In this document: positions 29,368 through 40,017 of the stretch, in pieces | Layout: each line of letters starts with the position of its first letter | Numbering within the stretch: position 1 is the first letter of the stretch | Assembly: GCA_963662585.1 (NCBI GenBank) | Contig: OY759729.1 | Coordinates: forward strand, 864,001 to 928,000 | Reading direction: 5' to 3' | Source: Candidatus Cloacimonadales bacterium | GTDB taxonomy: Bacteria; Cloacimonadota; Cloacimonadia; Cloacimonadales; JAFGVF01 | DNA: 64,000 nt | Position numbers and translations under genes: made by a program | The notes under the pieces: model-generated | The model's database searches: none | What the model was told of the DNA's origin: nothing | Seen by the model: only the letters and a program-made list of their open reading frames with translations

Positions 29368-30363
29368 TCAAGGTAAATAAGGACTTATCTTTTCATAAAC
29401 CTCTTCAGGATAGAGCTTTGTTAAACATTCAGGTGCTTCTGTTAGCTTGAGCCATTCAGAAACTGGAGGTGCTTTAATCAAAGACCTGATAATATGTGTT
29501 TTAAGAGAGATTGGAGCTGTTATTTTCTCATTAGCAGGACCGAAGATAATGAAAAGTTCAGCATCAAAACAACTGGCTACATGACCTAAACCTGAATCAC
29601 TATTTAGGAAGTAATCACATTTACTCAATAAGGCAGCAGTTTGATACATAGAGCAATCACTGGCTAGCACAATACCTGTTTGATCAGAGATTTCTTTTCC
29701 TAACTCGATTTCATCAGGACCAATAAAAAGAATTAGATTTAAATTATTATTTTTCTGTAAAAGTTTTATTAGCCCTATATAGTGTTCAACAGGCCATCTT
29801 CTATAGAAAGATTTTTTATTACAGCCGGGATGAATACCGAAAAGTTTTTTACCAACTAAGTTGTTATCCAGAATAAAATTATCCGCGAAAGCGAAATCTT
29901 CTTTATCAAGACAGAAGAGAGTTTTCCGCTGGATATCAGGAGGTAAGAATTTAGATAAAAGCTTAAGATTACTATCCAAACGATGAATGTTAGGATCAAA
30001 CTTATGCTGTTCCTTAAAAACAAGTTTTAACTTCTTTTCTCTAAACTCCCCAATAGGATATTTTATGTTTAGTAAGGCTAAAAATAGTTGAGATTTACGG
30101 GGTGAGATACCAGTAGTGGCAAGTCCATAATCATATTTTTCTTTGCGAATTTGGGGCACTAGCTTTAGAAAATCTTTTAGATCATTCTTACAGTGATAAA
30201 TTTTATTAATTAAATTACACTTATTTATAGGGAATTTTGCTGCTTTTTCGGTAATTAGAAAGTCTATCTGACAATCCGGATACTTTTCTTTCAAGGCCTT
30301 CAAAGCAGGAGTTAGAATTATTAAGTCACCTAATCCCCAAGTATGAATAAATAATATCTTCAT
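29368..30363 (-). CDS. GT9 ADP-heptose:LPS heptosyltransferase family
   Basis: GLGDLI, HPG..RRWP, NSDSGLGHVA and IFGPA motifs. Confidence 0.88.
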   Translation of the reverse strand: MKILFIHTWGLGDLIILTPALKALKEKYPDCQIDFLITEKAAKFPINKCNLINKIYHCKNDLKDFLKLVPQIRKEKYDYGLATTGISPRKSQLFLALLNIKYPIGEFREKKLKLVFKEQHKFDPNIHRLDSNLKLLSKFLPPDIQRKTLFCLDKEDFAFADNFILDNNLVGKKLFGIHPGCNKKSFYRRWPVEHYIGLIKLLQKNNNLNLILFIGPDEIELGKEISDQTGIVLASDCSMYQTAALLSKCDYFLNSDSGLGHVASCFDAELFIIFGPANEKITAPISLKTHIIRSLIKAPPVSEWLKLTEAPECLTKLYPEEVYEKISPYLP

Positions 30364-30365
30364 AA

Positions 30366-31682
30366 CTAATTCCCTTTATTTTCGATTGATAATTTTATTT
30401 TATTAGCCATCAACTCTACACCTCTTTCAAAATTATATTTCTCTAAGACATTGTATCTTGATTCAGTAAAAAGAACTTGCTGAGGGAAAGTTAAGACTTT
30501 TTCAAATAATTCAGCAATTTCATCTTCTTTATTTCCCCAACAGATATAACCGCTTTGAGTAGCTTGGAAAAAGTCTGCCATTTCGCCAACTCTGTTAGAA
30601 AAACTGAGTATAGGTTTGCTTAAGTAGGCATATTCAAAAATCTTGATAGATAGTGCTTCTGGATGCAGGTCAGGATAATAAAAATGTAAAAAGACATCAG
30701 CTTTATTTAACTGTTTGAGAAGCTCGCTTCTCTCCACTCTCCCATGAAAAATAATATGGTCATCTATATCATAAGAATCAATAAATCTTTTTGTATCTTC
30801 ATCTACATCACCGAAAATATGTAGTTCTGGATTTATTGAAGTCTTCCTTAGAAACTTCACAAAGCCATTAAGTAATTTTGTAGGATTATAAATATCTGAG
30901 TTGATGCTAATTGTACCTACATAATAGAATAAAATTTTATCTTCTCCGAAAGGAATTGGAGAGATATTTAATTCCTGGTAATCACTTTTCACAAAGCCAT
31001 TTGGCACAGTAAAGCAATTTTTCTGCTTAGGATATATTCTAAGAAAATTATTAGTCATTGTATCAGTAACAGAAAAAATATTACTAGCATTATTAACACA
31101 TCTCTTTTCCCAAAATTTGTTCAAAAGCTTTCTAAATAATGTTTCTGGTTTAAGCTCTCTTTTCGGAGCTGATTGATCAATCTGGGCAACTTTTATCCAC
31201 TCATCCCTAAAATCTAAAGAGTATGATACCCCTGTAATTTTCTTAAGAAAATAACCTGTTAATGCTGGAGAATAAGGTCCTAAGCAGAAAGAAACATGTT
31301 TAATGTTATGCTTTCTAATAAGCTTTATTGCAGTTGGAATAATCTTAATTGACCATAGTAAATAACTATCCGGTGAGAGAATTAAATCTTTTAAAGACAT
31401 CAAAATAGTATTCTTTATTTTAGTTAGCTTAGAAGTTTTCTTATACAAATTCACACTATTCTTTTTTGCATAATTAATGGGATTATTAACTCTATGGATT
31501 TCTATTCTTGGGTCCAGCTCCTGTAAAGTCTCTTCATGCCAGTGATGTTTTCCATCATAAGCTGTTAAAACAAGAGGCAAGATACCATTATCTGGTAAAA
31601 ATCTGGCTACCCTACTTACCCTAAAAGTATAGGTCATTTGGTAAGGTGAGAAATAATAAACTATATAAAGTATTTTTTTCAT
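30366..31682 (-). CDS. GT4-like glycosyltransferase
   Basis: DFRDEW, VPNGF and KIFEY..KPIL motifs. Confidence 0.75.
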   Translation of the reverse strand: MKKILYIVYYFSPYQMTYTFRVSRVARFLPDNGILPLVLTAYDGKHHWHEETLQELDPRIEIHRVNNPINYAKKNSVNLYKKTSKLTKIKNTILMSLKDLILSPDSYLLWSIKIIPTAIKLIRKHNIKHVSFCLGPYSPALTGYFLKKITGVSYSLDFRDEWIKVAQIDQSAPKRELKPETLFRKLLNKFWEKRCVNNASNIFSVTDTMTNNFLRIYPKQKNCFTVPNGFVKSDYQELNISPIPFGEDKILFYYVGTISINSDIYNPTKLLNGFVKFLRKTSINPELHIFGDVDEDTKRFIDSYDIDDHIIFHGRVERSELLKQLNKADVFLHFYYPDLHPEALSIKIFEYAYLSKPILSFSNRVGEMADFFQATQSGYICWGNKEDEIAELFEKVLTFPQQVLFTESRYNVLEKYNFERGVELMANKIKLSIENKGN

Positions 31683-31763
31683 ATTAAAACTTGTCTCCTT
31701 ACAGCTGTATAAGATGGATAGATTAAATATTGAATCAAAATATTATTAATTTGAAGCATGTCG

Positions 31764-32957
31764 CTATTTTCCATAATCTAGAAGAACTTCTTTATATAAT
31801 TCGAATAATTCTTTATTCTTGTTTGCATATCTTAATTTAACAGATTCAGCAGCTTTTAGCCCCATTGTATTTATCAATTCAGGATTCTCAAAAAATTTCT
31901 CGATTTGTTGAGCAATTTGTTCAGGTGCTTTAAAATCTACAAAGAAGCCATTCTCACCTTGTTGAACAATTTCTAAAGGCCCATAAGTAGGAGTAGATAT
32001 TGCAGGGCAACCACAAGCCATAGCCTCAACTAAAGATAATCCAAATGAATCTTTTAGAGAAGGGAAAATAACAACATCCGAAGCGTTATACCAATTTGTT
32101 AGTTCTTTTTGGGGAAGAGAAGGAATCAAGGAAACTTGATTCTCAATATGTAAGTTAGTAATCGCATTAATGATATTATCTCTTTCTCCCCCATCTCCAA
32201 TTAATACTAACTTAATATTCTTGCCTCTAAACAAAGACATTGCTTTGATAACATCTATATGTCTTTTCTGAGGAATTAAATTGGCAACATAGATTAAAAC
32301 TAAGCTAAAAGAATCTAGTTTTAGTCTTTTTTTAAGTTCTTCTTTAGGTATGATTCTAAACAAATCACTGTTGTAACTATTTTGTATAGTGATTGGATTA
32401 ATCTCAGGAACAACTTTCTTCATTAATGCAGAAAAAGCAAGAGAGACTCCGATCACCCTATTTGCATTTAATAATGCGTCACGAAATCTTGCTATGATAG
32501 GAGGTGAAAATTGTTTAACATTTGTTTGTTCTAATGAATCTGGAAGGCACCTATTAGTATCCATTCCATGACTAGTAATAAGATAAGGAATATTCCATTT
32601 CAGGGCTAAAATTTTTGCCACCATACCAGAAGGAAAACCATTTTGAGCATGAATTAGATCAAAGTCTTTTTTTTTGAATTTCCTCATCAATATTCTAGCA
32701 ACGATTATTGGTTCATACTCAGTTAAATATTCTTTTGGAAGCCCCCAGTGCAAAGTTAGTGACATCTCACTTTTTGAAAGTGTTTTTTGCTGGGTCGTAC
32801 TGAAGATATTCTTTAACTTACCTTTTTTATATTTAAAAAATTTCCAATAACTCAAATGTATATTAATATGAACTTCAATATTTCCAATAGTCTTTAAATC
32901 TATTATTTGGTTTTGAATAAATGAAGTATCATAACTATTCAGAAATAGAACTTTCAT
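31764..32957 (-). CDS. GT4 glycosyltransferase
   Basis: HGMD, KRH and PSLKDSFGLSLVEAMACG motifs. Confidence 0.88.
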   Translation of the reverse strand: MKVLFLNSYDTSFIQNQIIDLKTIGNIEVHINIHLSYWKFFKYKKGKLKNIFSTTQQKTLSKSEMSLTLHWGLPKEYLTEYEPIIVARILMRKFKKKDFDLIHAQNGFPSGMVAKILALKWNIPYLITSHGMDTNRCLPDSLEQTNVKQFSPPIIARFRDALLNANRVIGVSLAFSALMKKVVPEINPITIQNSYNSDLFRIIPKEELKKRLKLDSFSLVLIYVANLIPQKRHIDVIKAMSLFRGKNIKLVLIGDGGERDNIINAITNLHIENQVSLIPSLPQKELTNWYNASDVVIFPSLKDSFGLSLVEAMACGCPAISTPTYGPLEIVQQGENGFFVDFKAPEQIAQQIEKFFENPELINTMGLKAAESVKLRYANKNKELFELYKEVLLDYGK

Positions 32958-34236
32958 AATTACCTCTCCTAAAATAATATACTAGATAGCAGTTACTTAA
33001 CAGTGAATTTATAATAAACACTAAAGTAGTAGCATAGGCAGCCCCAATAATCCCATACTTAATGATAAAGATATAATCCAACAAAATATTTAATACTCCA
33101 CTGATACTAGTTATAACGACATTAACTTTAATTTTATGCAATGCGGCAATAAAGTTACCTGCAGGAATTCTAAAGGTACCAGCAAAAAAGAATCCGATTA
33201 AGAGAATTCTTAAAGCTGGCATAGAATCTGCATATTTAGCTGAAAACAGTAAATTGACAACAAATGGAGCAAAAACATATAGTATAGTAGTTATCAAGAA
33301 GTTTATTATAGCAAGTTTTTTTACAACTAAAAGATATTTGCTACGGACATATTCTTTGCTATTGGCATTCTTTCTAATGTAGGGATAAATGAACAAAATT
33401 ACCGATTGAGGAATGAATATTAAGTTGGAAGGCAGAAGAGTAGCTGCCTTATATTGAGCGACCAGTATACTACTAGCAAGGATTTGACCAACCAAAAAAG
33501 TATCAATCAAATAAAGTAATCTTGAAATTAAGTTGTTACCTAAAGAGATCATTGAAAACTTAATATAATCTATTTTAACTTTTGAATCCAAAATAGGTAG
33601 ATTGCGAATAGTCTCTTTATCCAAATGCCTGCAGAAAAGATAATCAAAAAGATAACTGCTCATTTGTGATATTATTAGGCCTGGTAAGGAGAAGAAGTAA
33701 CCTAATAAAAGCAAAGAAGTTGAACGATAGAAAGCAAAGAATAAAACTGAATAAGAGAACTCTCTATTTCTAAAAGTTGCTCTAAAGTAATTTTTATAGT
33801 TCTCTGCTAAGCCAAAGAAAAACATTGATATTGCTAATATCGCTACAACTTTATTTGTATTGGGGATTTTAAATTTATAGAAAAAAAGAAATATCAAACT
33901 AAACACTAATAATACTATGTTTCCGTAGATACTTAATTTATTTCCGAATAAAAATAGTTTCCTAGCTTTATTTTCCTTTTGATCTTTACTACAAAATTGT
34001 AATATACCTACGCTAGAGCCAGCACCTTGAAGCAGTGTTAAAAGAGTAAATATGTTAAAAGCATAAGACCAAAATCCATACACTTCTACATCTAAAATCC
34101 TAACTAACAATATTGAAGAAAGCATAAAAATAAATTTAGAGACAGTATTCGCTCCAAAAATATGCAGAAAGCCTTTCTCCATTAGTTTCTTAATAAAAAC
34201 CAGGGATCTGTTATATAACGAATTAAGATTAAGCAT
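32935..34236 (-). CDS. wzx: Polysaccharide flippase
   Basis: About 12 TM helices, YGIIGAAYAT C-terminal motif and locus context. Confidence 0.8.
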   Translation of the reverse strand: MLNLNSLYNRSLVFIKKLMEKGFLHIFGANTVSKFIFMLSSILLVRILDVEVYGFWSYAFNIFTLLTLLQGAGSSVGILQFCSKDQKENKARKLFLFGNKLSIYGNIVLLVFSLIFLFFYKFKIPNTNKVVAILAISMFFFGLAENYKNYFRATFRNREFSYSVLFFAFYRSTSLLLLGYFFSLPGLIISQMSSYLFDYLFCRHLDKETIRNLPILDSKVKIDYIKFSMISLGNNLISRLLYLIDTFLVGQILASSILVAQYKAATLLPSNLIFIPQSVILFIYPYIRKNANSKEYVRSKYLLVVKKLAIINFLITTILYVFAPFVVNLLFSAKYADSMPALRILLIGFFFAGTFRIPAGNFIAALHKIKVNVVITSISGVLNILLDYIFIIKYGIIGAAYATTLVFIINSLLSNCYLVYYFRRGNYESSISE

Positions 34237-35485
34237 TAGTACTCTTTACCCTGTTCATATATACGAAAGCACTTAAATAACCAATAAAAACCCAGACTTG
34301 GAAGATTGAAAACAGGCTTGAAGGAATGAAGCCTACCATTAGAAAAATAGGTATTTGGAACATATTCATCTCAGCTAATATTTTCGCCTCTCCCCTTTCT
34401 CTATGGTAAATTGAGACTGTTTTTTTAAATAGACTAAATAAAAATAAAAAGAATGGTATAACTATCACAATTCCATAATTTGCTAGTAACTCAAAAAGAT
34501 AACTATGCGTATTCTCGATCCAGCCTATTTTAGCAAACTCACCTTTTTTTGCATGATAATCGTAGTTGCCTGCTCCAACACCTACAAAATTTGATTCTTG
34601 GAAATAATCAATTGCGTTTTTTATCATATTTATTCTGATTTTTGTTGAGCCTATTGTGTAATTATCTACTTCCTGTCCTATTGATTCATATTGGAATTTT
34701 AGATAAGCTTTTGCGAGTTCAAGTTCTTTGCTTTTGTGAATTGAGATATACCCATAAATCATTAACATTGCAATAATTATTAATCCAATAACTTTTAAAG
34801 ATCTTTTTTTTATTAATAAATACATTAGAAAGGGTATTGAGATAATCATACTAATCCTAGCTCCTGCTAAAGCAGCAATCACAACAAAAAAAAACACTAT
34901 TGATATATACATTAATTGCTGATAGAACTTTTTGGAAGTAATAAAGAAATATCCTGCAATAGGTAACATCATCGAAGTAATAACAGTTTGATTATTCTCA
35001 TTATAATAGAAACCGGTAGGAATAGGTATTTGAATACCTGAATATCTTGATATAGAAAGATGGTTCCCCGTGCTTAGTTCCCACAAAGAAGTTAAAATGT
35101 ATATAAATCCAATCCCTAAAATCGCTTTCAAGAACAATTTATGATTAGTAAATACTTTCACTAAAAAGAAAAAAGTGATGTAATAGATAAGGAAATGCAG
35201 TATTATATAGCGAATTTGCAGATAATAATACTGAAGGTCATCAACCCAGAATACAGTCAACAGTGGATAAGTCAAATATAGCAAGAAAAATAAAGCTGCC
35301 GATTTTGAGTATGCTACAAAAGAAACATCAACCTGATTGGCAACTGAGAACAGAAATATTACTACAATACTGACAGCAATCATCAAAAAGTATGAGTACC
35401 CATACAAGGGCATAAAAATACTCATATTAAGGATAATGAAGGCTAGTTTGTAGTAAAATTTAAGATTTGATTCTTTTTCTATCAT
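34229..35485 (-). CDS. O-antigen polymerase/ligase family membrane protein
   Basis: Multi-TM protein with NEN, GAR, GVGAGNY and THSYLFELLANYG (Wzy_C-like) motifs. Confidence 0.78.
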   Translation of the reverse strand: MIEKESNLKFYYKLAFIILNMSIFMPLYGYSYFLMIAVSIVVIFLFSVANQVDVSFVAYSKSAALFFLLYLTYPLLTVFWVDDLQYYYLQIRYIILHFLIYYITFFFLVKVFTNHKLFLKAILGIGFIYILTSLWELSTGNHLSISRYSGIQIPIPTGFYYNENNQTVITSMMLPIAGYFFITSKKFYQQLMYISIVFFFVVIAALAGARISMIISIPFLMYLLIKKRSLKVIGLIIIAMLMIYGYISIHKSKELELAKAYLKFQYESIGQEVDNYTIGSTKIRINMIKNAIDYFQESNFVGVGAGNYDYHAKKGEFAKIGWIENTHSYLFELLANYGIVIVIPFFLFLFSLFKKTVSIYHRERGEAKILAEMNMFQIPIFLMVGFIPSSLFSIFQVWVFIGYLSAFVYMNRVKSTNA

Positions 35486-36665
35486 TTTTACCAAAGAATA
35501 TTCTTATCGCTTGCTGAAACTTATCTTTATTAACCGAAGAAGTATTATCAATAATTATAGCTATGGTGCTGGAAATTATAAAAGATACTATAAATGTAAT
35601 TAAGCAAATAAAAGCTCTTTTAGGTTTTATCCTTAAACCTTGTAAATCAGCAGTGTTAATTATTTCAATAGTTGGTAAATCCTTAATCTCTTCAATTTTG
35701 GCCATTTCATATTGCGGATAAAGATATTCATAGATACTTCTATTAATTTTTATTTTCATTTCCAAAATTTCAGAAGTTACTAAATAATCTGGAATTTCAT
35801 CAATAGGTACAAAGTATTTATAAAAAGTCTTATCACTTTCTAGTTTTGAAATAGTATTTTTTAACTCATCTCTCTTTATTAATAATTCCTTGTAGTTAGG
35901 ATTATCCTCACCATAAGTATTTTTAACTACCGATATCATAGCATCATTTGTCATATCTTCAGTAATAACTTCGGAATAAACTTTTAACATTTGACTTGTT
36001 TGAGTTTCAGAAGATATAAATTTTGATTCTTTTTGAAAAGAGTTCAATTGCGAAACTAAGTCATTAAACTCATTATCAATTTCTTCCACTCTTTTTTCTA
36101 AAAACTCTCTCTGGAGTTTTCCTTTAGTGGTTCTAGTATTTAAATTATATTCTTGTAGGGATTCAATAAAGAATTCTACGATCTCTTTAGAGAGTTCTCG
36201 TGATTCAGTTTGAGCATAGACTGTAATAGCTTCAGTTTCTTTATCATAAAAAGAACTATAAACTGTTGTATTAAAGGCCTTTAATGCCATCTCCATGGCC
36301 ATAAGAGTGTCTTTCTCAGTTATTTCAAAATAGTCATACATATTGAATTTTCGAACAGCTTGTTTTTTTAAATCTCTGCTATCTAAATACATGATATTAT
36401 TGAGAGCTTCAGAAGAACTTACATTCCCCAGCATACCTAAGCCTAAATCTCCCAACATGGAAGCACCAATTCCTTTCGCGCTCATTTGATCTGAAACTGA
36501 TATAAAAGTACTGCCAGAGCCCCAAATTTCAGGAGTTATTAAAGAATACACTACAGCAGCAAGACTGAAAATAGAAGTAAAAATTATAATGAACCATTTC
36601 TTCCTAGCTATAGAAATTAGTATATCAAATAGAGTCAGTTCCATATTATTATGTTTATCTTGCAT
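35460..36665 (-). CDS. Wzz/polysaccharide co-polymerase (chain-length determinant)
   Basis: Two terminal TM helices, coiled-coil middle and PKRAFI motif before the C-terminal TM. Confidence 0.78.
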   Translation of the reverse strand: MQDKHNNMELTLFDILISIARKKWFIIIFTSIFSLAAVVYSLITPEIWGSGSTFISVSDQMSAKGIGASMLGDLGLGMLGNVSSSEALNNIMYLDSRDLKKQAVRKFNMYDYFEITEKDTLMAMEMALKAFNTTVYSSFYDKETEAITVYAQTESRELSKEIVEFFIESLQEYNLNTRTTKGKLQREFLEKRVEEIDNEFNDLVSQLNSFQKESKFISSETQTSQMLKVYSEVITEDMTNDAMISVVKNTYGEDNPNYKELLIKRDELKNTISKLESDKTFYKYFVPIDEIPDYLVTSEILEMKIKINRSIYEYLYPQYEMAKIEEIKDLPTIEIINTADLQGLRIKPKRAFICLITFIVSFIISSTIAIIIDNTSSVNKDKFQQAIRIFFGKNDRKRIKS

Positions 36666-36669
36666 CTTT

Positions 36670-37731
36670 TTAAATCCCCATTTTTTTGATTATTAAATCA
36701 CTCATCTTCTTACTCACATTATCGCCAAATATTCCATATTCAGGGAAAGTTGGATTAAAATTCTTAATTAAATCTGTTAATTCTTTATTAATCTCAGTAA
36801 TCAGTAAGTTCACACCTTCCGATACTGTCTCCACCCACTCGGTTTCACTTCTGAGGGTAATGCAAGGTCTTTTTAGAATACATGCTTCTTTTTGAATTCC
36901 ACCCGAATCAGTAATAATTTTAACAGCATTCTGTTGAAGAATCAGAAAATCTAGATATCCTTGAGGGTCGATAAGTCTTATATTAGAAAGGCTTTGGGAA
37001 AGGTTAGTTTCCAGAATCTTTCTAGTTCTAGGATGAATTGGAAACAATACTTCTTTATCCAAACTATTCAGTAAAGTAAGAATTTTACTTAGTTTGGTAG
37101 GATCATCGACATTATAAGGCCTGTGCAAAGTAAGTAAGTAATAGCTTTTTGATTCAAGTTGAAGAGATTCCATTACGGTAGACTTTTCTTTAGCAATAGT
37201 GATGTTTTGACTAATAGAATCTGTCATAATATCACCAGTAAGATAAGTGATGTCTTTTAAGCCTTCATCAGTTAGATTCTTTACAGCAGTAGGAGTAGGA
37301 GCTAATAGATAGTTGGAAATCCTATCCGCTAAAATCCTATTTACTTCTTCTGGCATAGAACGATTAAAACTTCTTAATCCAGCTTCTACATGAAAAATAG
37401 GAATTTCTAATTTAGCTGCAGCCAAAGCGCCAGCAAGAGTAGAATTAGTATCCCCATAAATAATCAAAGCACAATCTTTTACTTCTAAAAGAATTTCTTC
37501 TATACCTTTCATCATCTCTGCAGTTTGATAAGCATGAGAACCTTGATTTATATTTAAATTATAATTAGGTTTTGGAATTGCAAGATCTTCAAAGAAAATC
37601 TTAGACATCTTTTCATCATAATGTTGACCTGTATGTATAATTAACTGTTCAGCTTTAAATTGAATTTCTTTATATAAAGGAGCTAATTTAACGAATTGTG
37701 GGCGTGCTCCAACAATGTGTATAATCTTCAT
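36670..37731 (-). CDS. wecB: Non-hydrolysing UDP-GlcNAc(-derivative) 2-epimerase (WecB/WbpI-like)
   Basis: GARPQFVK, HTGQHYD, GDTNSTL, HVEAGLRS and TDSGGIQKEA motifs. Confidence 0.9.
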   Translation of the reverse strand: MKIIHIVGARPQFVKLAPLYKEIQFKAEQLIIHTGQHYDEKMSKIFFEDLAIPKPNYNLNINQGSHAYQTAEMMKGIEEILLEVKDCALIIYGDTNSTLAGALAAAKLEIPIFHVEAGLRSFNRSMPEEVNRILADRISNYLLAPTPTAVKNLTDEGLKDITYLTGDIMTDSISQNITIAKEKSTVMESLQLESKSYYLLTLHRPYNVDDPTKLSKILTLLNSLDKEVLFPIHPRTRKILETNLSQSLSNIRLIDPQGYLDFLILQQNAVKIITDSGGIQKEACILKRPCITLRSETEWVETVSEGVNLLITEINKELTDLIKNFNPTFPEYGIFGDNVSKKMSDLIIKKMGI

Positions 37732-37910
37732 CTGTTATTTCCTTACTATTTTTTTCCAATCTCTTAAATTTAGTAGAAATCGTCAAGTGATTTTATATTG
37801 CTGATTTATTATATTGAAATAACCAATTATTAATCTTGACAAAAAGACCTCCCACATATAAAAATGTAAAATATATGGTATAATTAATGTTAATAGAGGA
37901 ATATTTAGTT

Positions 37911-39197
37911 ATGAGAAAGTATAAAAATTTCGTATTAATAGTATTTGTTTTAACAATATTATGTATTGGTTGTGACGATAAATCAGCAAATACTAAGAAT
38001 ATTAAGGAAACAAAAACTATTAATGTCCAATTTGAAGAACTATATGCAAATAATATTGAACCAGATAGTTTAATAGTTTCTCTAGAATTGCAAAATAACA
38101 CAATTAGTAACACTTATCGAGAATTAGAAAGTAACATGAACATTGAACTGGTATTTTGGATGGAATTAGAGGGGGAAATGATTATAAAAGCGGCTCTATA
38201 TTGGGGTGATTCTAAAAAAGCTACTTACTCTAAATACAGGGTTAATGAAGATTTAAATATTGGCCTGCTCAAAGCAAAATACTACCATCAAAATGTTACA
38301 CTTAAATTAGATACAAATCCTTTAGAAAGTGTTGAGGTCTCAGATTTTTACAATTATGATGCCCTAGATCATTTTTTTAAAGAATATCAAATTGAGAATG
38401 TTGATTTAAAAGCAGATCAATACCTAAATACTCCTATGAAATTCATGATGAATCATAGTATTCTAACTGATTTATTAAATGAAGATTTGATCCCTGTGGT
38501 TCACTATTCTTTTGGAGATTATTTCAATCCTATCACTACTTGCAACAATGCTTTTGGTTGCTATAATGACTACCTAAGAACAAACACTGAAGAGTCTTTA
38601 GATTGGTTTTATATAAATGCAGATTGGTTAATCAATTACAAAGATAATGATGGATTATTTAGATATCAATTTGATTGGGTCCATGAAAATGCTAACCTGC
38701 CGATTGGCTGGACTTCTGCCATGGCACAAGGTCAAACATTAGCTGTTATGTGTATGGCATACCATAACTCAGGAGATAATAAATACTTACAAGCAGCAGA
38801 AGTTATTTTTACGACTATGCATAAAAACTTTGGAAGCTCATGGAATCTTTTTATTGATGACGAGGATTATCTTTGGTATGAAGAATATCCTAATAGTGAT
38901 TTTTGCCATGTTTTGAATGGTAAATTGTTTGGAATGTGGGGATTATGGGATTATTATTGCATAACTAGAAATAATGATGCTTTAAAGCTATTACAGGGTG
39001 GTATTGCTTCTGTTATAGACAATTATCAGATATGGGATGTCGATGGTCAGGATGGTTCGAGTTATTGTACTCATTCAGATACAATATCTGATTATCATTG
39101 GATTCACAAAAGGCAACTTGCTGAATATAGAGATATGTTTGATATTAATGAGTTCGATATTATTTTAAAGACTTTTACTAATGAAAGAAACAACTGA
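37911..39197 (+). CDS. Lipoprotein with D-glucuronyl C5-epimerase C-terminal-like domain
   Basis: Lipobox CIG-C; WTSAMAQGQ, WYEEYP, HVLNG..FGMWGLWDY and YHWIH..QL motifs. Confidence 0.75.
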   Translation: MRKYKNFVLIVFVLTILCIGCDDKSANTKNIKETKTINVQFEELYANNIEPDSLIVSLELQNNTISNTYRELESNMNIELVFWMELEGEMIIKAALYWGDSKKATYSKYRVNEDLNIGLLKAKYYHQNVTLKLDTNPLESVEVSDFYNYDALDHFFKEYQIENVDLKADQYLNTPMKFMMNHSILTDLLNEDLIPVVHYSFGDYFNPITTCNNAFGCYNDYLRTNTEESLDWFYINADWLINYKDNDGLFRYQFDWVHENANLPIGWTSAMAQGQTLAVMCMAYHNSGDNKYLQAAEVIFTTMHKNFGSSWNLFIDDEDYLWYEEYPNSDFCHVLNGKLFGMWGLWDYYCITRNNDALKLLQGGIASVIDNYQIWDVDGQDGSSYCTHSDTISDYHWIHKRQLAEYRDMFDINEFDIILKTFTNERNN

Positions 39198-39350
39198 TTT
39201 ATAAACTAGTATTATCTATTACTAGAAGAGAATATTAAGGGCTACAGAATTTATTTCCTAGTCCTTTTTTTATTTTTTTAAAACCTTAACTCGTAGTTTA
39301 AACAAAATACTTGACTTGATACTCCTCTTCAATTTTTATTAACAAAATCT

Positions 39351-40016
39351 TTGCAGGAGCTATTTATTAAAAAATTCATAACAGTAATTTTATTAGTTTT
39401 ATTCTCTAGTATTGCCTTTGGTCAGATGCAACTAGCTCGACTCCATTATTCTGGAGGAGGAGATTGGTATAACGACCCTGAGGTACTTCCTAATTTAGCT
39501 TATTTTGCTAATAAAGAGCTTAATCTAAAGCTTTCTGCTAATGAGAAAATAATTAAGTTAACTGATGCAGACTTACCTGATTTTCCTTTTATTTATATGA
39601 CAGGGCATGGTAATGTTAAGCTTTCTGTGCGGGAAATAGATAATTTAAATAAGTATCTATTAAGCGGAGGATTTTTATACTGTGATGATGATTATGGAAT
39701 AGATAAATCTTTTAGAAGTGAAATGAAGAAAGTTTTTCCTAATCGGGAATTAATAGAATTACCTAAAGAACATGACTTATTTAACTGCTATTTTGACTTC
39801 TCACAAGGAACCCCCAAAATTCATGAACATGATAAAAAACGCCCCCAAACATTTGCTATTTTTGATGATTTTGGCAGAATGATGGTTCTCTACACCTACG
39901 AATCAAATATTTCTGATGGTTGGGCAGACTACAACACCCATAAAGATTCAGACCAAACCCGTGAAAAAGCTCTTAAGTTTGGTACTAACATTTTATATTA
40001 TCTCTTAACTAAATAA
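39351..40016 (+). CDS. DUF4159 domain protein (start uncertain, possibly ATT 39366)
   Basis: YSGGGDWY, PFIYMTGHG, GGFLYCDD, PKIHEHD and SDGW motifs. Confidence 0.8.
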   Translation: MQELFIKKFITVILLVLFSSIAFGQMQLARLHYSGGGDWYNDPEVLPNLAYFANKELNLKLSANEKIIKLTDADLPDFPFIYMTGHGNVKLSVREIDNLNKYLLSGGFLYCDDDYGIDKSFRSEMKKVFPNRELIELPKEHDLFNCYFDFSQGTPKIHEHDKKRPQTFAIFDDFGRMMVLYTYESNISDGWADYNTHKDSDQTREKALKFGTNILYYLLTK

Positions 40017-40017
40017 C

